DNA of 64,000 bases, taken from Coriobacteriia bacterium (GTDB taxonomy: Bacteria; Actinomycetota; Coriobacteriia; Anaerosomatales; SLCP01). The notes under the pieces are model-generated. The model was not told the DNA's origin. It searched no databases and saw only the letters and a list, made by a program, of their open reading frames with translations. Positions 27,024 through 34,742 of this stretch are shown piece by piece (the first letter of the stretch is position 1; the number at the start of each line of letters is the position of its first letter). The position numbers and the translations under genes were made by a program. The stretch is from assembly GCA_007121015.1 (NCBI GenBank), contig SKMN01000003.1, forward strand, positions 4,413 to 68,412. Reading direction: 5' to 3'.

Positions 27024-28121
27024 TCACCGGCCAACCAGTGCCGCAACATCCTTAGGAATCGCTCCCGCATCGGGTGACAGCGGGATCACCGACCGCCACA
27101 CCGGCCAGAGCAGCGCTACGCCCAGCGCACATGCGATCGCCATCGCCGTCGCCTTGCCGGGAAGACTTCCTGGCGTCAGTGCCTCACGTCGGTCCACTGC
27201 GTCGGCTGCCCCAAGCCTGCCCGACATCGCATACGCAGACCGATCCGCCGCTACCTGTCCATCCAACCGCGCGTCGTTCTCGACTCGAGTCACCGGGGTG
27301 TCTGCCGGCGCCGCGAAGGCCGCCTCCTCGGGCTCGGCGAGAGCCGTCGGCGGCAGGGGTCGCGCGAGCGCGCTACGGGCGTCCGCAACGGTGGTGTGTG
27401 CGGTCCCCGCGGCTCCTGCGCTCGATGCTGTCGATCCCGCTTCACACCCAGCCGTGCCCGGTACCGGCGCGGTGGAAGCGCCTGCCCCGACAGTCGACCC
27501 GACGCCGCTGAAGCCGGTCACGGGTTCCCCGGCCGGAGTCGAAGCTGCCGCAGGCGTTCCGGCCGATCGGGGGAGCGCAGCGGGCACGGTCTCGACGACG
27601 ACGCCCTCGGATACCGGCTCGGCCTCGACGCCCACGCCCGGGACCGGCGGAGACAGATACGTGGCGGGGTCTACGTACAAGGTTCCGACCCTCGCGCCGA
27701 TATGGAGGTGAGGCCGCTCGGACGAGCCGTCTCCGGAGGCCGCGACGAGACCGAGAAGCGATCCGGCCTCGACCGCCTGTCCCGCGCTCACGCTGACGTC
27801 GATGAGCGGCAGGTAGCTGATGCGCACGTCTCCGGAATCAACGGTGACGGCCCGCATCGTCCCGCCACCGCTCGCGGGGACAGATCCGGCGAACGTCACC
27901 GTTCCAGCCCGGATCACGCGCACGCGGGATCCGGGATCCGCCGCCAGGTCGATGCCGTGATGTGTCGCCGACGAACCGTCCGGCCCGGCATACCGGACCC
28001 CGAACCCGAGCAAGACCTCCGACGGCCCCTCGAGCGGCCATCCCCCGCCCTCGGCAGCCCACACGGACTGCGGGCAACACGTGAGCAGCGCAAGAAGCGC
28101 TGCGATGAAGATCCGACGTAT
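27024..28121 (-). CDS. M23 family metallopeptidase with low-complexity linker and C-terminal TM segment; probable non-canonical ATA start
   Basis: M23 motifs HHGIDLAA and PHLHIGAR are present. The ORF-track start (GTG 28064) lacks both an SD and a signal peptide. In the same frame, 19 codons upstream, ATA 28121 lies 6 nt after a perfect AGGAGG. Starting there adds (M)RRIFIAALLALLTCCPQSVWA, a signal/lipobox-like peptide. Confidence 0.75.
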   Translation of the reverse strand: MRRIFIAALLALLTCCPQSVWAAEGGGWPLEGPSEVLLGFGVRYAGPDGSSATHHGIDLAADPGSRVRVIRAGTVTFAGSVPASGGGTMRAVTVDSGDVRISYLPLIDVSVSAGQAVEAGSLLGLVAASGDGSSERPHLHIGARVGTLYVDPATYLSPPVPGVGVEAEPVSEGVVVETVPAALPRSAGTPAAASTPAGEPVTGFSGVGSTVGAGASTAPVPGTAGCEAGSTASSAGAAGTAHTTVADARSALARPLPPTALAEPEEAAFAAPADTPVTRVENDARLDGQVAADRSAYAMSGRLGAADAVDRREALTPGSLPGKATAMAIACALGVALLWPVWRSVIPLSPDAGAIPKDVAALVGR

Positions 28122-28224
28122 GGCGCACCTCCTCTATCCGATGCCACGCAGGAGGGAGGGGACGCGGCGCCTATGCGAACACATGTTCGACACCAGTATG
28201 CCGAATCCTGCTCGAATGCGCAAG

Positions 28225-28260
28225 AAAAAAGACGGCCGTCGCTTGCGCACGACCGTCCGT
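28225..28260 (-). terminator. intrinsic terminator downstream of tRNA-Gly
   Basis: On the minus strand, an imperfect GC-rich hairpin (GACGGUCG...CGACGGCCGUC) is followed by UUUUUUC. Confidence 0.7.
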
Positions 28261-28267
28261 ATCGCCA

Positions 28268-28343
28268 TGGAGCGGGCAACGGGTCTCGAACCCGCGACCT
28301 ACAGCTTGGGAAGCTGTCGCTCTACCAACTGAGCTATGCCCGC
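28268..28343 (-). tRNA. tRNA-Gly (anticodon CCC)
   Basis: On the minus strand: GCGGGCA-TA-GCTC-AGTTGGTA-GAGC-G-ACAGC-TTCCCAA-GCTGT-AGGTC-GCGGG-TTCGAGA-CCCGT-TGCCCGC-T-CCA. The cloverleaf is canonical, the discriminator is U and CCA is encoded. Confidence 0.95.
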
Positions 28344-28462
28344 ATGGTGTCGCATTGTACGCCACCGGCCGAAGCCCGGGCAACGGAGCGCGCCCCGTGC
28401 CGCCTGTTGCATCGTGCCGACGTGGGGAACATTCTCTGTACACTCGGAAGGAGGCATGCTTC

Positions 28463-29629
28463 ATGGACACTCTCGACCGTGAACGACTCGTAGGGCTCGC
28501 CCGCCACCAAGGGTGGCCCTCTGTATCCATCTACCAGCCCACTCACCGAGCAGGATCGGAGACGCAACAAGACCCGCTTCGACTCAAGAACCTCCTCAAA
28601 CAGGCCGAGGCGACACTTATCGACAGCGGTATACGGACTCCCGAGGTGGATGCATTCCTCCGGAAAGCATGGGACGTGCAGTCCGATAGCGGCTTTTGGC
28701 GCAATGGTTTCGAAGGGCTCGCGCTCTTCGTGAGCGACGGCGTGTTCCACGTGTTCCGCACGGCGGTACCCCTGCCCGAACGCGTACGCGTCGACGAGCA
28801 CTTCTTGATCCGCCCACTCGTCCCAGCGCTCGCACCCACTCTTCGCTTCTACGTCCTCGCGCTGAGCAAGAACCGGGTGCGGCTCCTTGAAGGCACGCCC
28901 GAAGCGATCCACGAGGTCGACCCGGAGGGCATACCTCAGGGCCTCGCCGAGGCGCTCAAGTACGATGACTACGAGACCCAGGTCCAGTTCCACTCCCGCA
29001 CCCCCGCCGCAGCGGGGGGTCGCGGGAAGCGCTCTGCGGTTTTCCACGGTCACGGCGGCCACGCGGACGCTGCGAAGGACGATCTCGAGCGGTACTTCAG
29101 ACTCGTCGACAAAGGGCTCAGGGAGCACATCGGGACGTCCGGCGCCCCGCTGCTCCTGGCGGGCGTCGACTACCTGCTGCCGATCTACCGCTCGGTGAGC
29201 ACGTACACGGACCTGTTGCCCGAGGGCCTGACCGGCAACCCCGACGAGATCCCGGCAGCACGCATCCACGCTGAAGCGCTCGAACTGCTCGAACCGTACC
29301 TCGCGCGCGAGTTCGAGAGGGACCTCGCCGCCCTCGAAGCGGCGCGTGAGGCCGAGGGCGCCTCGACCGATATCCGAGACATCGTGCTTGCCGCCCACGG
29401 CGGCCGCGTCCAGACACTGTTCGTGGCAGACAATGGAGCCATCTGGGGGCGGGTCGCACCCGAGAGGTCCGAGGTGCTGCAACGCGAGAGCCGCGAGCCG
29501 GGCGACGCCGACCTTCTCGACCGCTCCGCGGCGCAGACGCTCCTGCATGGCGGGGCGGTCCATGTCATGACAACCGAGGAGGCCGCGACCGCTGTGGGCG
29601 GCCAGATAGCGGCCCTGCTGCGTTACTGA
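28463..29629 (+). CDS. bacterial archaeo-eukaryotic release-factor-like (baeRF/eRF1-fold) family protein
   Basis: The start is at ATG 28463 (GGAAGGAGG SD, 7-nt spacer). The N-terminal pattern LVGLARHQGWPSVSIYQPTHRAGSETQQDPLRLKNLLKQAE is what I recognise from the computationally defined baeRF families. There is no GGQ; the nearest is a GHGGH loop. Needs HMM confirmation. Confidence 0.6.
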   Translation: MDTLDRERLVGLARHQGWPSVSIYQPTHRAGSETQQDPLRLKNLLKQAEATLIDSGIRTPEVDAFLRKAWDVQSDSGFWRNGFEGLALFVSDGVFHVFRTAVPLPERVRVDEHFLIRPLVPALAPTLRFYVLALSKNRVRLLEGTPEAIHEVDPEGIPQGLAEALKYDDYETQVQFHSRTPAAAGGRGKRSAVFHGHGGHADAAKDDLERYFRLVDKGLREHIGTSGAPLLLAGVDYLLPIYRSVSTYTDLLPEGLTGNPDEIPAARIHAEALELLEPYLAREFERDLAALEAAREAEGASTDIRDIVLAAHGGRVQTLFVADNGAIWGRVAPERSEVLQRESREPGDADLLDRSAAQTLLHGGAVHVMTTEEAATAVGGQIAALLRY

Positions 29630-30108
29630 TCCTCGGCGTCCGACAAGGGGGTCGTAAGGGTGCGGTCAGGGCCTCCGAAGTACGTGATGAAGACCCTGAC
29701 GCCGCCTATCGCGACGATGACCACGGCGAAGGCCATGACCATCGGCCAGGAAAGCTGTAGGCCGAACAGGCCTATCCACAGCTCCCTGAAGACGATCGCG
29801 AGCGAGACATCGGCGAGGTTCGTGATGCTGATCCGCTGGTCACGAAGGTACCCCAGGAGCGAGTGGAATATCTCGATGAAGATGAAGATGGTGAGGATCT
29901 CGATGAAAAGATTCTTGACCTCGTATTCCACCGCTCCGGTCATACCCTGGTACAGATCGACCCCAACGAGCCAGACCGTCCACGCGAGCGCCACGAGAAC
30001 GAGGACGACGAGCGCGTCCACGAAGATCGACATCGCGTTCCCTGCCACCCGGTCCACGAACGCCGCGACCGGCTTCGCAGGCGCGGCGCGCCCGGTATCC
30101 TTCTCCAT
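29623..30108 (-). CDS. PsiE-like (phosphate-starvation-inducible E family) membrane protein
   Basis: The ILTIFIFIEIFHSLLGYLRDQRISITNLADVSLAIVFREL core is PsiE-like. The start is chosen at ATG 30108 (GGAGG SD, 5-nt spacer); upstream in-frame Met codons have poorer SDs. Confidence 0.65.
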   Translation of the reverse strand: MEKDTGRAAPAKPVAAFVDRVAGNAMSIFVDALVVLVLVALAWTVWLVGVDLYQGMTGAVEYEVKNLFIEILTIFIFIEIFHSLLGYLRDQRISITNLADVSLAIVFRELWIGLFGLQLSWPMVMAFAVVIVAIGGVRVFITYFGGPDRTLTTPLSDAEDQ

Positions 30109-30207
30109 CTGTTCCTCCGTATCGTCGACAGCGGTATGCTGGTGCCCGACCTCGGACATACCCTCGCACGCTATCACCATCAGGCACACTGCGCTCGGAG
30201 CAATACC

Positions 30208-30615
30208 ATGACAGAACACGACACCGACACGTGTGACAATGGGGCCGACCCGGCCGAGGTCCAGCAACGACTCGCCGAGGAGCGTACCGTCATGGCGCTC
30301 CAGCGCACCGTGCTCTCCAACGAGCGGACGCTCAACTCGTGGCTACGCACCGGGCTCGCGACGATGGCCGCGGGGTTCACCATCGGCCTGCTCCTCGGCC
30401 AAGAAGGAGTCCTCGGGCCTGCGCGTATATTCGGCGCTGCACTCATCGCGACCGGTGGCCTGATCTGCATCGTCGGGCTCGTCCGCTACCGGTCACTGCG
30501 CAGCCGACTGGAGCCCGAGAACGTCTCGTCGGTTCCCGTGTGGCTCCTCGAGACGCTCGTCGCCTTCTTCATACTCGTGGCCTTCGTCGGCGCACTCGTG
30601 CTGTTGCGCGGGTGA
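30208..30615 (+). CDS. DUF202 (YidH-like) membrane protein
   Basis: LAEERTVMALQRTVLSNERTLNSWLRTGLA is the DUF202 signature, followed by three TM segments. The start is at ATG 30208; upstream ORF-track residues are antisense of psiE. Confidence 0.7.
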   Translation: MTEHDTDTCDNGADPAEVQQRLAEERTVMALQRTVLSNERTLNSWLRTGLATMAAGFTIGLLLGQEGVLGPARIFGAALIATGGLICIVGLVRYRSLRSRLEPENVSSVPVWLLETLVAFFILVAFVGALVLLRG

Positions 30616-30644
30616 CGCGCGAGGGGAAGCGAAGGGACGTGACC

Positions 30645-31064
30645 CTACTTGCCGAGCATCCGCTGGAACGTGTCGACGTGGTCCTCCTCGTCGCCGAGGA
30701 TGGACTCGAGCAGACGGCGCGTGGTCACATCACCGGCCTCGTCGGCCTGCTTGATGGCAGCCCGGTAGAGCTCCACGGCTTCCTCTTCGCTCGCAAGATC
30801 CGTCTCGGCCATCTCGGACAACGTCGTAGCAGCCGTTGGGAACGGTGCCGGCTTGCTCGTAGGATCGCCGCCAAGGAAGTCGATGCGCTCGGCGAGCTCC
30901 TCGGCATGCTTCATCTCGGTGATCGCAACCTCTTTGAACTCACCGGCGAGCGCGAGCCCCTCCGGCCCGGTCACCAGGTAGTGGTGCCGCATGTACTGCA
31001 TGCACACGGCTAGCTCGCGCGAACGCAGGTCGTTCAAGGTGTCGATAAGGGCCTGATCAGCCAT
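30645..31064 (-). CDS. ferritin-like diiron protein (bacterioferritin-like)
   Basis: Paired E...ExxH-type motifs are present (RELAVCMQY..., EMKHAEELAERI, ...EEEAVELY, GDEEDHVDTF). The start is at ATG 31064 after a GAGGAGA SD. Confidence 0.7.
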   Translation of the reverse strand: MADQALIDTLNDLRSRELAVCMQYMRHHYLVTGPEGLALAGEFKEVAITEMKHAEELAERIDFLGGDPTSKPAPFPTAATTLSEMAETDLASEEEAVELYRAAIKQADEAGDVTTRRLLESILGDEEDHVDTFQRMLGK

Positions 31065-31287
31065 CGTCGTTCTCCTCTCTCTGATCCTCACGTCAAGGGT
31101 CCCTCGTCCATCCGGGATGCGGGCACCTCTGTATCTGTATCCCCATCATCGCGATGCTGACACGCCTCACAGCCGGACGATCCGCTGCCGGCGCGTGTCC
31201 GCGTGCATGAGAGAGTAGGTCAGAAGCCGGAACGATCAGGGAACGAACGACCCATGAAGACCGGTGACGACCCCGAGGCGGTGCGAC

Positions 31288-31698
31288 ATGATCAAGCTCA
31301 TCCAGCTCTACCTGCTCACCACGGTCGTGTTCTTCGCGATCGACATCGTATGGCTCGGCGTGGTGGCGAACCGCTTCTACCAGGCGCAGATCGGCCCGAT
31401 GCTCAAGTCGCCACCCGACTGGTTCGTCGCCGCCGGGTTCTACCTCTTCTACATCGTAGGCATCCTCGTATTCGCCGTCCTTCCCGGAGCCGAGAAGGGC
31501 GTCTTGCTTGAGGCGGTGTGGCGCGGTGCGCTCTTCGGCGCTCTCGCGTACGCGACGTACGACCTCACCAACCTCGCAACCCTGAAAGACTGGCCGTGGC
31601 AGGTCGCGGTCGTCGACATCGCATGGGGCACCGTGCTCACCGGGTCCGTCGCGGCAGCGGGCTACGCGTTCGCCCGCTGGCTCGACATCGGCGCCTAG
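31288..31698 (+). CDS. DUF2177 family membrane protein
   Basis: MIKLIQLYLLTTVVFFAIDIVWLG...YATYDLTNLATLKDWPW is typical of DUF2177, with four TM segments. Confidence 0.65.
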   Translation: MIKLIQLYLLTTVVFFAIDIVWLGVVANRFYQAQIGPMLKSPPDWFVAAGFYLFYIVGILVFAVLPGAEKGVLLEAVWRGALFGALAYATYDLTNLATLKDWPWQVAVVDIAWGTVLTGSVAAAGYAFARWLDIGA

Positions 31699-34433
31699 GT
31701 CAGCTGCGCCGACTTCCCCTTCGCCTCGCGCCTGCGCATGGCTATCTTGAACAGCTCATCGACGAACATGACCGAGGACCCGACCGCGAGCGCCACGCCC
31801 CACTCGCCCGCGCCGATCGCGGTCGTGCCGAACACGGCCTGTGCGGGAGCCCAGTAGAGTACGACGGCCTGCAGGACTGCGGCGAGCGAGATGCCCGCGA
31901 GGAGCAACTTGTTGCCGAGCGGGTTCATCCGGAAGACCGAGATCGTCATCGAACGGGTCGATACCGCACGCCACCACTCGAAGCATACGAGGGTCGTGAA
32001 CGCCATCGTCTGGCCCATGACGTGACCGTACTCCGCCTCGTAGTAGTTGAACACCGAGAGGGTACCGATGGCGATGACCGGCGCCAGCGTGAGCACGCGC
32101 GCGCCCATGACCTTCGTGATGATGCCTTCTCTTGGAGGACGCGGCGACTGCGCAAGGACGTCGCCGTGCTTGGGCTCGAGGCCGAGCGGCAGCACGCTCA
32201 CGCCGTCGGTCACGAGGTTGACCCACAGGATCATGATCGCCGTGAACGGCAGCGGGAAGCCGAGGACGAGTGCCGCGGTGATGGCCATGATCTCACCGAG
32301 GTTCGTGGTGATGAGGAACATGACGACGCGCCGCAGGTTGCCGAAGATGACCCTACCGTGTTCGACCGCCGCGACGATGGTCGCGAAGTTGTCGTCGGTC
32401 AGGATCATGTCCGAGGCTTCCTTGGCGACCTCGGTACCGGCGATGCCCATCGCCACGCCGATATCGGCCTGCTTGAGAGCTGGCGCGTCGTTCACGCCGT
32501 CACCGGTCATCGCGACGATCTCGTCGTGCGTCTTGAGTGCACGCACGATGCGCAGCTTGTGCGAGGGAGTCACGCGTGCGAAGACGGCGATGCCGTGCAC
32601 GCGCGCTTCGAGTTCCTCGTCATCCATGTCGTCGAGGTCGGCACCGGTGACGCTCTCCGCCTGCTCGTCGAGGATACCGACCTTCCTGCCGATGGCGGCG
32701 GCGGTCGCGGCGTGGTCCCCGGTGATCATCTTGACGTCCATGCCCGCCTTGTGTGCCGCCGTTATGGCTTCGATCGCCTCGGCGCGTGGCGGGTCGAGGA
32801 GTCCCCAGAGTCCGACGAACACGAGACCGCTCTCGACCTCGGAGCGGCTCGCCTCCTCCGTGCCGTCGACGCGCTTGTACCCTCCGGCCACGACACGCAG
32901 CGCATCATCGGCGAACTGCTCGGCGGTGCGCTCGATCTCTTTGCGCATCTCGTCGTCGAGCTCGCGCTCCTCACCGTCGATGAGTACGCGGTCGCTGAAG
33001 TCGAGGATGCGCTCGAACGCGCCTTTCACGTGGAAGGTCGTCGCCGAACCGCCACGATCGAGGGTCGCCATGTACTTGAACTTGCTCGCGAACGGCAGCT
33101 CATCGACACGCTCCAGTTCCGAGTCGAGGTCGGCGCGGTGGATGCCGCGCTTGTGCCCTGCCGCAAGCAGCGCACCCTCGGTCGGGTTGCCCTCGATGCG
33201 CCACCGACCCTCCTCCTGCTCGAGGGTGGCGTTCGTAGCGATGCAACCGATGCGCAGGAGTGTGTCGAGTTCCGCCGTGCCCTCGCCCTCGTCGGGCAGC
33301 TCCGACTCGTCATCGTACGTGATCTCCCCGGTAGGGTCGTAGCCCTCCCCTGTCGCACGGAAGATGCGGCCACCCGCCCACATCCGCGTCGCCGTCATCT
33401 CGTTGCGAGTGATCGTTCCGGTCTTGTCCGAGCAGATGACCGTGGTCGAGCCGAGTGTCTCGACCGCGGGCAACCTGCGGACGATCGCGCCCCGTTCCGC
33501 CATGCGCTGCACGCCGAGGGCGAGCACCACGCTGATGACTGCGGGAAGTCCTTCCGGGATGGCGGAAACGGCCGCCGCCACCGAGAAGAGCAACATCTCG
33601 TAGAGCTCTTCTCCGCGCGTGTAACCGATGGTGAAGATGATGGCCGCCAGCGTGACCGCGGCGATCCCGACGTAGAGACCGAGGCTCGCCAAGCGACGCT
33701 GCAACGGCGTCTCCATGCGCCCGGTGGCCTGCACTTCTCCGGCGATCTCACCGATGATGGTATTCATGCCGGTCGCTACGACGAGCGCCTTGCCACGCCC
33801 GTCGGTCACACTCGTCGACGACCACACCATGTTGCGCCGGTCTGCAAGCGCGGTCTCCTCGTCGAGGCGTTCCGAGAACTTGCCGACGGTCTCCGACTCG
33901 CCGGTCAGCGCCGACTCGTCCACTCTGAGCTCGGTCGATTCCATGAGGCGCGCGTCCGCCGCGGCACGGTCGCCTGTCTCGAGCAAGAGGATATCGCCAG
34001 GCACGATGTCCTCGGCGGGTATCACCTCGACCTCGCCGCTGCGGATCACCCGCGCACGGGGAGCCGCCATCTTTCGCAGCGCTTCGAGCGTCTTCTCGGC
34101 CCGCCACTCCTGCGACACGCCGATGAGCGTGTTGAACACGATGACCGCGAAGATGACTCCCGCATCGATCAGGTGGTCGGCCCACACGCTGATGGCGACC
34201 GCGGCGAAAAGCAGGTAGATGAGCGGGCTCTTGATCTGCTTCACGACGAGGCCGAGGACGGACACGCCTCCCTCGTCGGATAGCGCGTTCGGACCGTGTT
34301 CCTCGAGCCGTCGTTCCGCGTCTTCCGCAGAGAGACCTTCTTGCGCGGTCCCGAGCTCCTCGCGCACCTCATCGATGGGCATGGCGTGCCACGGCGTCTG
34401 CTTGTCGGCGGCGTCTCGTGGTGTCGTGGACAT
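31695..34433 (-). CDS. cation-transporting P-type ATPase (P2 type, Ca2+/Mg2+-ATPase-like)
   Basis: 912 aa with TGES, the phosphorylation site [20 protein letters not shown] and [17 protein letters not shown], plus 10 predicted TM segments. Confidence 0.9.
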   Translation of the reverse strand: MSTTPRDAADKQTPWHAMPIDEVREELGTAQEGLSAEDAERRLEEHGPNALSDEGGVSVLGLVVKQIKSPLIYLLFAAVAISVWADHLIDAGVIFAVIVFNTLIGVSQEWRAEKTLEALRKMAAPRARVIRSGEVEVIPAEDIVPGDILLLETGDRAAADARLMESTELRVDESALTGESETVGKFSERLDEETALADRRNMVWSSTSVTDGRGKALVVATGMNTIIGEIAGEVQATGRMETPLQRRLASLGLYVGIAAVTLAAIIFTIGYTRGEELYEMLLFSVAAAVSAIPEGLPAVISVVLALGVQRMAERGAIVRRLPAVETLGSTTVICSDKTGTITRNEMTATRMWAGGRIFRATGEGYDPTGEITYDDESELPDEGEGTAELDTLLRIGCIATNATLEQEEGRWRIEGNPTEGALLAAGHKRGIHRADLDSELERVDELPFASKFKYMATLDRGGSATTFHVKGAFERILDFSDRVLIDGEERELDDEMRKEIERTAEQFADDALRVVAGGYKRVDGTEEASRSEVESGLVFVGLWGLLDPPRAEAIEAITAAHKAGMDVKMITGDHAATAAAIGRKVGILDEQAESVTGADLDDMDDEELEARVHGIAVFARVTPSHKLRIVRALKTHDEIVAMTGDGVNDAPALKQADIGVAMGIAGTEVAKEASDMILTDDNFATIVAAVEHGRVIFGNLRRVVMFLITTNLGEIMAITAALVLGFPLPFTAIMILWVNLVTDGVSVLPLGLEPKHGDVLAQSPRPPREGIITKVMGARVLTLAPVIAIGTLSVFNYYEAEYGHVMGQTMAFTTLVCFEWWRAVSTRSMTISVFRMNPLGNKLLLAGISLAAVLQAVVLYWAPAQAVFGTTAIGAGEWGVALAVGSSVMFVDELFKIAMRRREAKGKSAQLT

Positions 34434-34624
34434 AAGTCAGGCGCGGCCTCGAGTCGGCGGCGCGTCACCTCCTGCGTCGGTTCGGCGTCAGGTCCGGATG
34501 CGTCGCCGATCCATGGCGCTACAGCCGGACGGCGAGTGCGTTCCTTCATTTGTACCCTTCTGGACACGCATTCCCGCTCCTGCGCAGCATCGATCCGGGC
34601 AGCACGGCAGACGATCGGACGGCG

Positions 34625-34654
34625 TTCGCCGGACACGACGCCCGATCCGGCGAA
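34625..34654. repeat. perfect 9-bp inverted repeat (TTCGCCGGA-N12-TCCGGCGAA)
   Basis: It lies in the divergent intergenic region between the P-type ATPase and the PAS-GGDEF-EAL gene. No U-tract is present on either strand. Confidence 0.5.
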
Positions 34655-34742
34655 CGTAGGCGCGCTAAGCGGTGGTCAGAACGGGCATACCATTGTAGGA
34701 TGAAAAGGATCGGGAGCGTGTTGCGACGGGGGCGCCCGCGGC

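Noticed and set aside
31518-34283. A 921-aa uninterrupted ORF on the plus strand, the longest in the window.
   Set aside because: It is exactly antisense to the well-supported P-type ATPase gene, which has all P-type motifs. Its product is Arg/Gly/Asp/His-rich low complexity with no recognisable motifs. It is a typical GC-rich shadow frame.
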